The translations under genes were made by a program, and so were the position numbers. The notes beneath the pieces were generated by a model. It ran no database searches. It was not told the DNA's origin and saw nothing but the letters and a program-made list of their open reading frames with translations. Below are positions 39,926-50,137 of a DNA stretch of 58,824 nucleotides, piece by piece; position 1 is the first letter of the stretch; each line of letters starts with the position of its first letter. This stretch comes from Bacilli bacterium. Its GTDB lineage: Bacteria; Bacillota_I; Bacilli_A; RF39; UBA660. The DNA is taken from positions 1 through 58,824 of the forward strand of contig JAFWHR010000003.1 in assembly GCA_017511945.1 (NCBI GenBank). The letters run 5' to 3'.

Positions 39926-41935
39926 ATGAAAAAAGGTAAGGTTTTAACTTTAATAGTAATAGTTTTAATTTCTATTTTTGGGCTAACTTACTTTTTTGCT
40001 TTTAAGGATGAAAAAACTTCTTTAACTTTATCGCAAAAAAAGTGGATTGAAAACAATAAGAATAACATAATAGATTTTGCTGTTATAAATGGTGTTCCTA
40101 TAGTAAATGAAAATGGTAAAGGTGTGTTATTTGATTTTTTAGATTCTATGGAAAAAGATACTGGACTTGAGTTTAATAAGATATCATATAGTGCAGGAAG
40201 TGATGTATCTAGTGAATACGCTCTTAAAGTAGGCGGAGAAGGACTTAAACTATTTGAAGACGAATATGTCATAATTACTAAGGAAAAAGTATTTTATAAT
40301 AGGCCTGAAGAGATAAAAAATTTAAAACTTGGATATGTTAAAGATGAAGTTAGTGATTTTACAGCTTATTTAAAAGGTAGTGAGAATTTAATATTTAATC
40401 CATATGAAAGTGCCGCACCTATGATAGAAGATATTAAAAATGGGGTAATTAATGGAGCAGTTGTGCCTAAATTAGATTATTTGGATGTCATATTTACAAA
40501 TAAATTTAATATTTCATACAGTATAGATGAGTGTTCTAAAGATTATGTTATTTCTTTGGGAAGTAATGTCGAGTTAAATAAGATAATTACTCAATATTTT
40601 GAAAATTATAAAAAGAGTAAGTATAAAAAATCATTTGATAAAAACATATCGGATGTGTATTTTAAATTGAATAAAATTGATGAAAAACAGCAAACTAAAT
40701 TTAGAAGTAAGAGGTACAACTACGGATTTGTCTTAAATAGTCCTTTTAGTTTAAATGTTAATGGAAATTTAAAAGGGTTAAATACGTCTTTTGTAAAAGA
40801 CTTTTCTAATATGGCTGGAGTTGAGATTGCATTTAAAAGGTATTCATCAAATGAAGCTTTGATTAATGATTTTAACAATAATAATTTAGATTTAGCATAT
40901 GGAGATATATCTGGTAAGTTTGATGTAGACATTTTTAAAACATCACCACTTTACAATAATGTTTTTGATGTAATTTCTAAAGATAATACTTCTTTTGAAG
41001 TCAATAATTTATCTTCATTTAAGGGAATGGAAGTTTTATGTATCAAAGGTAGTGATGAGGCTAGAATACTTAAGAAAAATGGGGCAAAATTAAAAGAATA
41101 TAGTACACTTTCTGATCTAATCTCTAACGTTGAAGGTGAAAAAATAGCTTTAATTGATAGTTACAGTTATGATTATTATGTGAGAAATGAATTAAAGAAT
41201 GCATTTAAGATTAAGGCTATAGATTTAAATGTAGATTATGGTTTTATAAATAGGAATGTATCTGAAAATAAAGTTTTTAATACTTTTATGAATTTCTATT
41301 TTACTTTTATAAATCAGGAAGAGATTATAAATAATAGTTATAAAGAGATAATATCATCTAACAATAATATTATGATTTTAGAGATTATTTTAAGTATTTT
41401 GGTGTGTGCATTTTTAATAGTAACTTTATTTTTCATAGTCAAGTTTATTAAGAAAAGAAAGAAATTTGGATATAAGTTATCTAAATCTGATAAACTAAGA
41501 TATATTGATTCTCTTACCTCTTTAAAAAATAGAAATTATTTAAATGACAATATATCTAATTGGGACATGAGTAAGGTATATCCTCAATCAGTTATAATAA
41601 TTGATTTAAATAATGTCGCTTATATTAATGACAACTTTGGTCATAAAGAAGGGGATAAAGTTATATCTGAAGGAGCTTCGGTTTTAGTTAATAATCAACT
41701 TAGTGATAGTGAGATTATTAGAACTAATGGTAATGAATTCTTGGTTTTTACTATTGGACATGATGAACGTGATATTATAACTTATATTAGAAAAATTAAT
41801 AAAGGTCTTAGGGAACTTTCTCACGGATTTGGGGCTGCGATAGGTTATAGTATGATATATGATGAAATTAAAACAGTTGATGATGCGATTAATGAGGCAA
41901 CTAGTGATATGAGGAGTAATAAGGTAGAAGAATAA
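39926..41935 (+). CDS. Membrane sensor: two solute-binding-like domains, TM, degenerate GGDEF
   Basis: DSLTSLKNR, INDNFGHKEGD, active site NGNEF. Confidence 0.85.
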   Translation: MKKGKVLTLIVIVLISIFGLTYFFAFKDEKTSLTLSQKKWIENNKNNIIDFAVINGVPIVNENGKGVLFDFLDSMEKDTGLEFNKISYSAGSDVSSEYALKVGGEGLKLFEDEYVIITKEKVFYNRPEEIKNLKLGYVKDEVSDFTAYLKGSENLIFNPYESAAPMIEDIKNGVINGAVVPKLDYLDVIFTNKFNISYSIDECSKDYVISLGSNVELNKIITQYFENYKKSKYKKSFDKNISDVYFKLNKIDEKQQTKFRSKRYNYGFVLNSPFSLNVNGNLKGLNTSFVKDFSNMAGVEIAFKRYSSNEALINDFNNNNLDLAYGDISGKFDVDIFKTSPLYNNVFDVISKDNTSFEVNNLSSFKGMEVLCIKGSDEARILKKNGAKLKEYSTLSDLISNVEGEKIALIDSYSYDYYVRNELKNAFKIKAIDLNVDYGFINRNVSENKVFNTFMNFYFTFINQEEIINNSYKEIISSNNNIMILEIILSILVCAFLIVTLFFIVKFIKKRKKFGYKLSKSDKLRYIDSLTSLKNRNYLNDNISNWDMSKVYPQSVIIIDLNNVAYINDNFGHKEGDKVISEGASVLVNNQLSDSEIIRTNGNEFLVFTIGHDERDIITYIRKINKGLRELSHGFGAAIGYSMIYDEIKTVDDAINEATSDMRSNKVEE

Positions 41936-41949
41936 AGGGGAGAAGTAAG

Positions 41950-42792
41950 ATGGTAAAGAGCTATTCTAAAAGAGTATTTGAATTAATAACAAAACCTGAG
42001 ATGAAAATATTACCAGGTCATCTTGCTTTTTTTCTCATACTTTCTGTCTTTCCACTTTTAACTTTAATTGGGTATATTATTTCTAATTTGACAATGTCAA
42101 TTGTTCCTTCTACAGCTATTCTTGAGAAATTTATTCCCGGTAATGTATCTAACATTTTAATAAGTTTTTTATCGGAAAGTCATTTAACTGAAAATATAAC
42201 TTTAGTAATGATAATAGGTTTTGCTTTAGTTTCTAATGGAACTTATTCTATCATTACTGTATCTGATGAAGTATTTGGCATTAAATCTAAAAGCGAGATA
42301 AAAAAGAGAATTAAATCAATACTTATGATATTTATTTTCATGTTTTTATTTTTGTTTGTCTTAGTTGTTTTAGCTTATGGAAGTAACATAGTAAAATATG
42401 TAACTGTCTTTAGTGTTTTTAGTAGTATTAGTGATCAGATAAGTTTTGTATACCAACTAATAAGGTGGCCAATCGCATTTATCATTCTCTTTGGGATTTT
42501 AAAGTTCTTTTATACAATTTCCCCCGATGAAAATATTCCTTCAAAGTATATGAATAAGGGAAGTTTATTTACAACTGTGGGATGGATTATAACTACTTTT
42601 ATATATTCTTTTTACGTAAGTCACTTTGCCGATTATACTTTGTTTTATGGAGGACTATCTGGAATAATTGTTATGATGGTTTGGGTGTATATGCTTTCAT
42701 TTATTTTTGTCATGGGGATTGCGATTAACGCAGATGAGTATTTGGATCATAAATATGCGAATAAAAACAAAAAAAAAGTTAAAGATATTTAA
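41950..42792 (+). CDS. YihY/BrkB family membrane protein
   Basis: LAFFLILSVFP, YGGLSGII..W.Y. Confidence 0.9.
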   Translation: MVKSYSKRVFELITKPEMKILPGHLAFFLILSVFPLLTLIGYIISNLTMSIVPSTAILEKFIPGNVSNILISFLSESHLTENITLVMIIGFALVSNGTYSIITVSDEVFGIKSKSEIKKRIKSILMIFIFMFLFLFVLVVLAYGSNIVKYVTVFSVFSSISDQISFVYQLIRWPIAFIILFGILKFFYTISPDENIPSKYMNKGSLFTTVGWIITTFIYSFYVSHFADYTLFYGGLSGIIVMMVWVYMLSFIFVMGIAINADEYLDHKYANKNKKKVKDI

Positions 42793-42973
42793 TGGGTACA
42801 TATTTTAAATTACCTGGTATGTACTTACCCCCAGACTACTAGTACTTCATGTTTTCTTTATTGAATCCTAAAAAGTATTATAAGGTAATGGTTTAGACAA
42901 AGATACGTTCTTTGTCTTTTTGTATACTTTTTAAGTTAAAAGTGTTATAATGTTGTATGATTAGAGGTGAATT

Positions 42974-45022
42974 ATGAAGAGATTTAGTAAAAAAGTTAAC
43001 AGTTTACTAATTAAGATAAAAAAACAGGTAATTTACTTTTTTAAACATAATGTTTTATTTGCTTGTTTTGTCTTTTCATCTTTGATAAATGGATGTTTAC
43101 TTAGATTTTTAACGGTTAAAAATTTCACTAATTTAAGTCCTATATTTGCCGATTTAGCTTTTGTTTTGCTTGTTGGTTCGTTGGGTTATTTCTTTAAACC
43201 TAAAAATAGATTTAGATATTATATAGTTTGGTCTATTATTTTAACGTTAGTTTGTCTGATTAATTCTGTTTATTATACTAACTATATTTCATTTACGTCT
43301 TTTTCACTTTTGGCAACTAGTCTTCAGATATTCGGCGTGAGTGATGCACTTCAGACTATTATGGAACTCAAGGATTTTTGTTATATATGGGCTCCTTTGA
43401 TGCTTATATTTGTTCACTTTAAATTAAAAAGAAGAGGTTATTATTCTAAACTTAAAGTTAATGAAAAATCTTATGTAAGTGTACTAAAGGTGGTTGCAGC
43501 TGGATTTGTATTTTTGGCTATTTTTGTATCTACTTTGACAGGAACTGATATAAGTAGATTATATAAACAGTGGAATAGAGAATACGTTGTAATGAAATTT
43601 GGAATATATGTATATCAGGGTAATGATTTAATTGCAAGTATTAAACCGCAGATTAGTCCACTATTTGGATATGACAAAGCGGCTAGGGAGTTTAGAGATT
43701 ATTATGAAGAAAACTCTAATGAGAAAAAGAGTAATGAATACACAGATGTATTAAAAGGAAAGAATTTAATAGTTATCCATGCTGAAAGTATTCAAAATTA
43801 TCTTCTTACAACTAGTATAAATGGTAAAGAAATTACACCTAATATTAAAAGACTTGCAGATGAGGGAATGTATTTTTCTAATTTTTATGCACAGGAAAGT
43901 GTTGGAACTAGTAGTGATACGGAGTTTACTTTTTCAACTTCTCTTCTTCCTGCGAGTAGTGGTACGGTATTTGTAAGTTACTATGATAGGTATTATCCTT
44001 CTATTCAAAAACAAATTAAAAAAGATGATTATTATGTATTTAGTATGCATGCTAATAAAGGTAATTATTGGAATAGAGAAGCAATGCATAAGAATTTAGG
44101 TTATGATAATTTCTATTATTATGATAAAGATTATAAATTGGATGATATGATAGGTCTTGGACTTTCTGATAAATCGTTTTTTAAGCAGTCTTCTAAGATT
44201 ATTAAAGATGTATCTGATAAACATAGTAAGTTTTATGGACTTATGATAATGCTTACCAATCATACGCCATTTGATGGTTTAAAAGATTCAACTGATTTAG
44301 ATTTGACTTATAAGTTTAATAAAAAAGATGAGGCTACTGGCGAAGAGAATGAGGTTGTAAATAATTATTTAAAAGATACAACTTTGGGTAATTATTTCAC
44401 TACTGCTCATTATGCTGATGAGGCTATTGGAGAATTTATAGATGAACTTGATTCTAATGGTGTTTTAGACAATACAGTAATTGTAATTTATGGTGATCAC
44501 GATGCGAAGATTAAAAGAGGAGAGTATGATTACTATTATAACTATAACCCTTTAACAGACTCTAAAAGAGAAATTGATGATCCAGAATATAAGGAATTTA
44601 CTAAATATGACTATGAGTTAAATAGAAAAGTTCCGTTTATAATTTGGAGTAAGGATGAAAAGGTTAAAGAAAAGATAAATAAGGAAATAACTTCTGTTAC
44701 GGGAATGTATGATGCTTTTCCTATTTTAAGTAATATGGTTGGTTTTGATAATAGTAAATATGCACTTGGACATGACGTGTTTAGTACTGATGAGCATTAT
44801 GTTATATTCCCTAACGGTAGCTGGGTGACTGATAAGATGTATTATGACAATCAAAATGGTGAGGCTATTATGTTAGATGCTGAATCTTCTATAGATAAGG
44901 ATTACATAAATAAATATACTGATTTAGCTGAGAAGGAAATTGCGGTATCTAATGATATAATAGTTCATGACTTAATTAAAAAAACTAATGAATCTAAAAA
45001 GATAATAAAGGGTGATAAGTGA
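42974..45022 (+). CDS. ltaS: LTA synthase family protein
   Basis: About 5 TM plus sulfatase-like domain: HAES, GTSSDTE, MHAN, TNHTPF, YGDH. Confidence 0.9.
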   Translation: MKRFSKKVNSLLIKIKKQVIYFFKHNVLFACFVFSSLINGCLLRFLTVKNFTNLSPIFADLAFVLLVGSLGYFFKPKNRFRYYIVWSIILTLVCLINSVYYTNYISFTSFSLLATSLQIFGVSDALQTIMELKDFCYIWAPLMLIFVHFKLKRRGYYSKLKVNEKSYVSVLKVVAAGFVFLAIFVSTLTGTDISRLYKQWNREYVVMKFGIYVYQGNDLIASIKPQISPLFGYDKAAREFRDYYEENSNEKKSNEYTDVLKGKNLIVIHAESIQNYLLTTSINGKEITPNIKRLADEGMYFSNFYAQESVGTSSDTEFTFSTSLLPASSGTVFVSYYDRYYPSIQKQIKKDDYYVFSMHANKGNYWNREAMHKNLGYDNFYYYDKDYKLDDMIGLGLSDKSFFKQSSKIIKDVSDKHSKFYGLMIMLTNHTPFDGLKDSTDLDLTYKFNKKDEATGEENEVVNNYLKDTTLGNYFTTAHYADEAIGEFIDELDSNGVLDNTVIVIYGDHDAKIKRGEYDYYYNYNPLTDSKREIDDPEYKEFTKYDYELNRKVPFIIWSKDEKVKEKINKEITSVTGMYDAFPILSNMVGFDNSKYALGHDVFSTDEHYVIFPNGSWVTDKMYYDNQNGEAIMLDAESSIDKDYINKYTDLAEKEIAVSNDIIVHDLIKKTNESKKIIKGDK

Positions 45023-45666
45023 TGTCTAGAAAGAGGAAAATAAAAAAAGGTAGAGTATTTACATTACTATTTTTAATAATTATTGTCGGTGTTTTACTCT
45101 ATTTTGCATATCAGAAATGGAATTCAAATTCTAAAGATATTAAAAAAGTTAAAGATATTTCAACTATTAAAGGTTATGGATATACTTTAAGAGAAGATGC
45201 GACAGATTACTATAAGGGATTATTTAAAAAGTTATCTAAAGTTTTATCTTCAGATGAAGTTGATATGGATAAATACGCTTCTTTAGAGTGTCAGATGTTT
45301 GTTTCAGATTTCTTTAATTTAGATAATAAGCTTTCTAAAAGTGATGTAGGGGGAACTGAATTTGTTTATTCACCATATAAAGTTGATTTTAGTAAATATG
45401 CGATGGATAGTGTATACAAGAGTGTTTTAAGTAATGTATATGGTAATAGGAAGCAGAAATTACCGGTAGTATCTGAAACTACTTGTGAAAATGTTAGAAA
45501 TGAATCATTTAAATATGGGGATGGTAGTGATGATAATGCATATGTCTTTAATTTTGATGTTAAATACAAAGAAGATATGGATTATCAATCTAAGGGAAGT
45601 TTAATTATAATTCATAGTGATAAAAAACTTGAGGTAGCATCTATGAGTGAAAATAAGGTTAATTAA
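45019..45666 (+). CDS. Membrane-anchored hypothetical protein
   Basis: Basic N-terminus plus TM; overlaps ltaS stop. Confidence 0.75.
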   Translation: MMSRKRKIKKGRVFTLLFLIIIVGVLLYFAYQKWNSNSKDIKKVKDISTIKGYGYTLREDATDYYKGLFKKLSKVLSSDEVDMDKYASLECQMFVSDFFNLDNKLSKSDVGGTEFVYSPYKVDFSKYAMDSVYKSVLSNVYGNRKQKLPVVSETTCENVRNESFKYGDGSDDNAYVFNFDVKYKEDMDYQSKGSLIIIHSDKKLEVASMSENKVN

Positions 45667-45716
45667 GAGGTCTTAAATGACTTCTTTTTTATGTTAATTT
45701 GAATATAGTTTAATAG

Positions 45717-46058
45717 GTGAGTATATTGGGAAAGGAAAAATTTAAGGAGTTTGTTAAAAAAAATCCTTCTTTAATAAAACATGTTCAAAATGGTTCGATG
45801 TCGTGGCAGAAATTTTATGAGATGTATGATATATATGGAGAAGATGAAAAGATTTGGAATGAATATTTAAGCAGCAGTGTAGGTAGTATAGGTATTTTTG
45901 AAATGTTTAAAAATTTAGATGTTGAAAGCATACAAAATGGAATTAATAGTGTTCAAAGAGTATTGGGATTGATTCAAGAGATGGGAAGTAAAAATAAGAA
46001 TGAGGTTAGTGAAGATGAGTATAAACCTAGGCCTCTTTATAAACATTTCGAAGATTGA
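45717..46058 (+). CDS. ylbD: YlbD-like spore coat protein
   Basis: FKEFVKKNP..WQKFYEMYDIYGED..W; synteny with ylbE and rsmD. Confidence 0.75.
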   Translation: MSILGKEKFKEFVKKNPSLIKHVQNGSMSWQKFYEMYDIYGEDEKIWNEYLSSSVGSIGIFEMFKNLDVESIQNGINSVQRVLGLIQEMGSKNKNEVSEDEYKPRPLYKHFED

Positions 46059-46276
46059 TTTTACCTATTCAATTTAAAATTAGAGAAAACAATTACTATT
46101 TGAGGTATTTGAGGTCTCATTCTTATTGGTATAAATATTTAAATAGAGATCCTAAATCTTTTAAGATGTTTGAACATGAAGCTAAGAGTTACTATAAACT
46201 ATCTCCTGCTGATAGGATAGAAAATGTATTTAATACTTTTGAGATGATGGAAAAGATTTTGTCAGCTTTTAAATAA
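46055..46276 (+). CDS. ylbE: YlbE-like protein
   Basis: YLR..SYWYKYLNRDP motif; synteny. Confidence 0.75.
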   Translation: MILPIQFKIRENNYYLRYLRSHSYWYKYLNRDPKSFKMFEHEAKSYYKLSPADRIENVFNTFEMMEKILSAFK

Positions 46277-46303
46277 TGTGCTATTATAAATTTGGTGATT
46301 GAT

Positions 46304-46825
46304 TTGAGAGTAATTAGTGGAAAATATAGAGGAAAGAAATTAAAGGGATTTGATATTGATGGAACAAGACCTACTATGGATAGAGTTAAAGAGTCTTTAT
46401 TCGGTATGATTCAAGAATATGTTAATGATTCTATTGTTTTGGATTTATTTGCTGGAAGTGGGGCACTTGGAATAGAAGCTATTAGTCAGGGAGCTAGAAA
46501 GTGCATTTTTATAGATAATAATGTAAAGTGTATTAAAACTATTATGGATAATGTATCTAATTTTGATGAGGATATTAAAGTCATTAATTGTGATTATAAG
46601 AATTTTTTAAAAAATACTGATTTAAAGTTTGACATAATATTTTTAGATCCACCTTATAGGGCAAATGTTTTAAATAAATCTATTAAAATAATTGAAGAAA
46701 GAGGTTTGTTAAAAGGTGGTGGAATTATTGTCTGTGAATATGAAAATGTACATTTAGAAACTAATTTAAAAAAGATTAAAGAAAAAAGTTATGGACCTAA
46801 GATCATAAGCATCTTGAGTTTATAA
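46304..46825 (+). CDS. rsmD: 16S rRNA m2G966 methyltransferase
   Basis: RVISGKYRG, TRPT.DRVKESLF, DLFAGSG, DPPY. Confidence 0.95.
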   Translation: MRVISGKYRGKKLKGFDIDGTRPTMDRVKESLFGMIQEYVNDSIVLDLFAGSGALGIEAISQGARKCIFIDNNVKCIKTIMDNVSNFDEDIKVINCDYKNFLKNTDLKFDIIFLDPPYRANVLNKSIKIIEERGLLKGGGIIVCEYENVHLETNLKKIKEKSYGPKIISILSL

Positions 46826-46841
46826 CTTTTTTTTATTAAAA

Positions 46842-46881
46842 AAAGGAAATGTGTATTTTTATATCGAATGTTATATATAGA
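46842..46881 (+). promoter_or_regulatory. SigH/ComX-like promoter
   Basis: AAAGGAAAT-N14-CGAATGTTATATATAGA; same element at 58231-58270. Confidence 0.65.
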
Positions 46882-46893
46882 GGGGGTGATTAT

Positions 46894-48906
46894 ATGAGAA
46901 AGTATCCTTTTGTAAAACAAAGTGGACTGAGGGACTGTGCGTCTGCATGCATTTTGATGATTTTAAAATACTATGGTGGATATGTAAGTATGGAAAAGAT
47001 TTCTGATCTTTTAAAAATATCTAGGGATGGAGCTGATGCATATCACATAGTAAAAGTATTTAGAAATTTTAATTTTAAATGTGATGGATACAAATATGAT
47101 AACTTATCTTCTTTAAAACTTCCTTCAATTGTACACATAAAAAAACACTCCTACAATCATTATGTAATCATTTGGGAGGTAAATTATAAGAAGAAATGGG
47201 TTTTGATTGGAGATCCTGATATTGGGAATGTAAAGGTATGTTTAGATGATTTTATGAAAATGTGGACAGGTAACAGTATAATTATGTCTTTAAATGGGAT
47301 CATTCCAAAGGAAAGAGAGGTTAATGTTTATAAATTTTTATATAGGATGTTAAAACCTAGAATGAAGAGATTAATAATTATAAGTAGTCTTTCTTTAATT
47401 GCCTCTTTCTTATCTTTTGTTTTTTCTTTTTTTATTCAGGCTTTTATCTCTTATATAACTGATGATGAAATTTTAAAAATAATAATTTTGACTTTTTCTA
47501 TTTTGTTTTTACTTAGTGGTTTAATAAATTACTTCAGAAATCTATTTATCATTAAATTTAATATGGATTTTGATAGTGATTTATCATATGATACTTTTAA
47601 AAATATAATTTCACTCCCTTATACATCTTATAAGAGAAAAACTACTGGTGAGGTTTTAAGTTATTATAATGATTTATCTATCATTAAAGATTTTGTAGTT
47701 AAGTTTTCTATATCTTTATTTATAGATATTCCTGTAATAATATTTATAACTATCTATTTATTTTTTACAAGTAAGCATCTTCTATTTATATGTATGTTTA
47801 TTATGGGTTTACTATTTATCATATATTATTTATATAAACGTAAGAATTATCATCTATCTTCTGAATGTTTGAGGCAAAAGGGATTAGTTAACTCTTTTGT
47901 AACTGAATGTGTATCAGGCTTCAAAACTGTAAAAAATGCGGATTTAGATGATAAAGTAATTAGTAAATTTAAAAGTAAATATGCTAGATTTATGGACTTA
48001 AAATATTCTTTAGAAAAAAGTTTTATAAAACAGTATTTACTTAAAGATTATATCCTTAATTTATCTATAGTTTTAACTATAATATATGGAATATACAATG
48101 TAAAAAAAGGTTTACCTATTCAGATGTATATAACTTTGTACTTTTTATCCTCTCTTTTATGTTCGTCATTTAAAAATACTTTAGATTTTAATTACGATTT
48201 TTCTTCTGTAAAATCGGCTATATGTCATATAGATGGTATAGTTAAAGAAAAAGATAGGAAAATAAAAAGAGTTAAAGGGAATATTAATATTAATAATTTA
48301 TTTTACAGTTTTGATGATGTAACTTATGCACTTAAAAATGTAAATTTGTCGATAAACTCTTCTGAGAAAATTTTTATATCTGGAAGTAGTGGTTCTGGCA
48401 AATCCACATTAGTAAAAATAATAAAAGGATATTATGATAATTATTTAGGAAGTGTTTTAACTGGTGGATATGAAATAAGAGATTATCATTTAAGTGGTAT
48501 CAAATACGTATCTTTAAAAGAGACTTTATTTACTGGAAAACTCTATGATGATTTAAATATAACTAACGGTTTTGAAGGTGATTGTGAAATAGATTTTAGT
48601 TTTGACGATATGTTAATAGAAGAAGATGGTTTTAATCTTTCTGATGGGCAAAGGCAGAGAATATCTTTAGCTAGAGGTTTAAAAGATTTTAACATTCTCA
48701 TAATTGATGAGGGACTCAGCAATATCGACACTAATATGGAAAGGAGAATATTAAAAAAATTAATTAGTAAATATAAGAATAAAACTGTTATTTTTATATC
48801 TCATAGGTTAGACAATTTAGATCTTTTTGATAGGCTTATTAAACTTGAAAAAGGAAGAGTAGTTTTAGATGAGAAAAGATGTGAAATTGGAAAGGAGATT
48901 ATATGA
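46894..48906 (+). CDS. Peptidase C39-containing ABC transporter (ComA/SunT type)
   Basis: Q..DCASAC and HYV catalytic motifs, TMD, GSSGSGKST, LSDGQ, IIDEG, ISHR. Confidence 0.92.
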   Translation: MRKYPFVKQSGLRDCASACILMILKYYGGYVSMEKISDLLKISRDGADAYHIVKVFRNFNFKCDGYKYDNLSSLKLPSIVHIKKHSYNHYVIIWEVNYKKKWVLIGDPDIGNVKVCLDDFMKMWTGNSIIMSLNGIIPKEREVNVYKFLYRMLKPRMKRLIIISSLSLIASFLSFVFSFFIQAFISYITDDEILKIIILTFSILFLLSGLINYFRNLFIIKFNMDFDSDLSYDTFKNIISLPYTSYKRKTTGEVLSYYNDLSIIKDFVVKFSISLFIDIPVIIFITIYLFFTSKHLLFICMFIMGLLFIIYYLYKRKNYHLSSECLRQKGLVNSFVTECVSGFKTVKNADLDDKVISKFKSKYARFMDLKYSLEKSFIKQYLLKDYILNLSIVLTIIYGIYNVKKGLPIQMYITLYFLSSLLCSSFKNTLDFNYDFSSVKSAICHIDGIVKEKDRKIKRVKGNININNLFYSFDDVTYALKNVNLSINSSEKIFISGSSGSGKSTLVKIIKGYYDNYLGSVLTGGYEIRDYHLSGIKYVSLKETLFTGKLYDDLNITNGFEGDCEIDFSFDDMLIEEDGFNLSDGQRQRISLARGLKDFNILIIDEGLSNIDTNMERRILKKLISKYKNKTVIFISHRLDNLDLFDRLIKLEKGRVVLDEKRCEIGKEII

Positions 48907-49046
48907 GACTAAGTAATGAAGAATTATTAAGAATTAAAGGTGGAGAAGGAAGTACAATCGGAATAATTGCCGGTATTGGAGCGGCAATAGCGTTTTTAAT
49001 AGGGGTTTTTGATGGTTTTTTTAATCCTAAAAGGTGTGAGGTATAA
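48903..49046 (+). CDS. Double-glycine leader peptide A, 47 aa (not in ORF track)
   Basis: MRLSNEELLRIKGG|EGSTIGIIAGIGAAIAFLIGVFDGFFNPKRCEV; AAGGAG RBS; ATGA overlap with transporter stop. Confidence 0.85.
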   Translation: MRLSNEELLRIKGGEGSTIGIIAGIGAAIAFLIGVFDGFFNPKRCEV

Positions 49047-49047
49047 G

Positions 49048-49209
49048 ATGAAATTAAACGATAGACAACTTTTAAAAATTAAAGGTGGATCTCTAAGTGC
49101 ATCTTTGATAAATGGTCTAGTAAAAGGTATTAGTATAATATGTGATTTAGGGAGAAGTTTAGGTTCTACTATTAGAAGAATTTCCGAAAACAAACCTTGT
49201 GGTATATAA
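49048..49209 (+). CDS. Double-glycine leader peptide B, 53 aa
   Basis: MKLNDRQLLKIKGG|SLSASLINGLVKGISIICDLGRSLGSTIRRISENKPCGI; GAGGT RBS; start at 49048 rather than 49009. Confidence 0.85.
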   Translation: MKLNDRQLLKIKGGSLSASLINGLVKGISIICDLGRSLGSTIRRISENKPCGI

Positions 49210-49212
49210 TTA

Positions 49213-49245
49213 TGGGAAGCTCATGTGCTTCTCTTTTGTTTTTTT
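49213..49245 (+). terminator. Terminator of the peptide operon
   Basis: GGGAAGC...GCTTCTC plus T-rich tail. Confidence 0.65.
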
Positions 49246-49324
49246 TAAAAACTTAATAATTTTTCTTTAAAATAAAGGTAAAACGTGATATAATGAAGGT
49301 AAGTCAGAGAAGGGAGGGATTTTT

Positions 49325-49519
49325 ATGACGAAGGTAATGGTTAGAAATGGAAATGTCGATGGTGCACTTAGAACGCTTAAAGTCGATAAAGATGGCTCCC
49401 GTAAAAAAATTAGAGAAAACATCGAAGGTTATTTAAAACCTGGAGTTAGAAGAAGGAGAAAGAAAGAAGAAGGCATCAAGAATACTAGAAGAAGAATGAA
49501 AAGAGAGAATAGATACTAA
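49325..49519 (+). CDS. rpsU: 30S ribosomal protein S21
   Basis: KVMVRNGNVDGALR..YLKPGVRRR; upstream of yqeY. Confidence 0.85.
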   Translation: MTKVMVRNGNVDGALRTLKVDKDGSRKKIRENIEGYLKPGVRRRRKKEEGIKNTRRRMKRENRY

Positions 49520-49554
49520 GACCTTTAAGGTCTTTTATAGTAAGGAATGATACT

Positions 49555-50136
49555 TTGGAATTTAATTATATATCAGAAAGACTTGATCCTAGACGTGTTA
49601 GAGAAAATATGTCTTTAATACAAGATGTAAGTTTACTTGAAAGACAGAGACTTAAAAAATGTAGAGATTATTTTGAAAATATAAATCATACATATTTAAA
49701 ATTAGATGATGTTAAAAATATTGATGGAAGTAAAATGTTTTTGGCTGTTATTGATTTTGAAGATAGTATATTATTTAGACAGTCTAAACATTTTAATGAA
49801 ACACTTTTTCCATATTCTACTATATTAGGTAATATAGGTGGAATTATATACGATTTTACTCAATATCTTTATTTAGATTTGAATAAATATAGAATTAACT
49901 ATGCAAGAAATTTTTCTTCTATAGTAGTTGATGACTATTGGCATTTTGACTATGATGGTAGTAAGGTTAATATAAAAACTAATACTGTTTATAGTGATTC
50001 TAAGAATGTGAATGGAAGAAGGATGATAATTATGGATAAATTTCATTTGATAAGATTAAATATGGGTTTAGAATGTGATAAGTTATATGATGAAGATGCA
50101 CTATCTAAGGTATTATTAAAGAGGAAAGAGGGATAA
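49555..50136 (+). CDS. Hypothetical protein inserted between rpsU and yqeY
   Basis: 193-aa ORF with AAGGA RBS. Confidence 0.65.
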   Translation: MEFNYISERLDPRRVRENMSLIQDVSLLERQRLKKCRDYFENINHTYLKLDDVKNIDGSKMFLAVIDFEDSILFRQSKHFNETLFPYSTILGNIGGIIYDFTQYLYLDLNKYRINYARNFSSIVVDDYWHFDYDGSKVNIKTNTVYSDSKNVNGRRMIIMDKFHLIRLNMGLECDKLYDEDALSKVLLKRKEG

Positions 50137-50137
50137 A

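Noticed and set aside
42792-42920. Small RNA or 16-aa ORF (MGTYFKLPGMYLPPDY) between yihY and ltaS
   Set aside because: Only a terminator and a weak hairpin are evident; no resemblance to 6S or SRP RNA and no RBS
49009-49047. ORF-track N-terminal extension of peptide B
   Set aside because: It overlaps peptide A; RBS and leader alignment support a start at 49048
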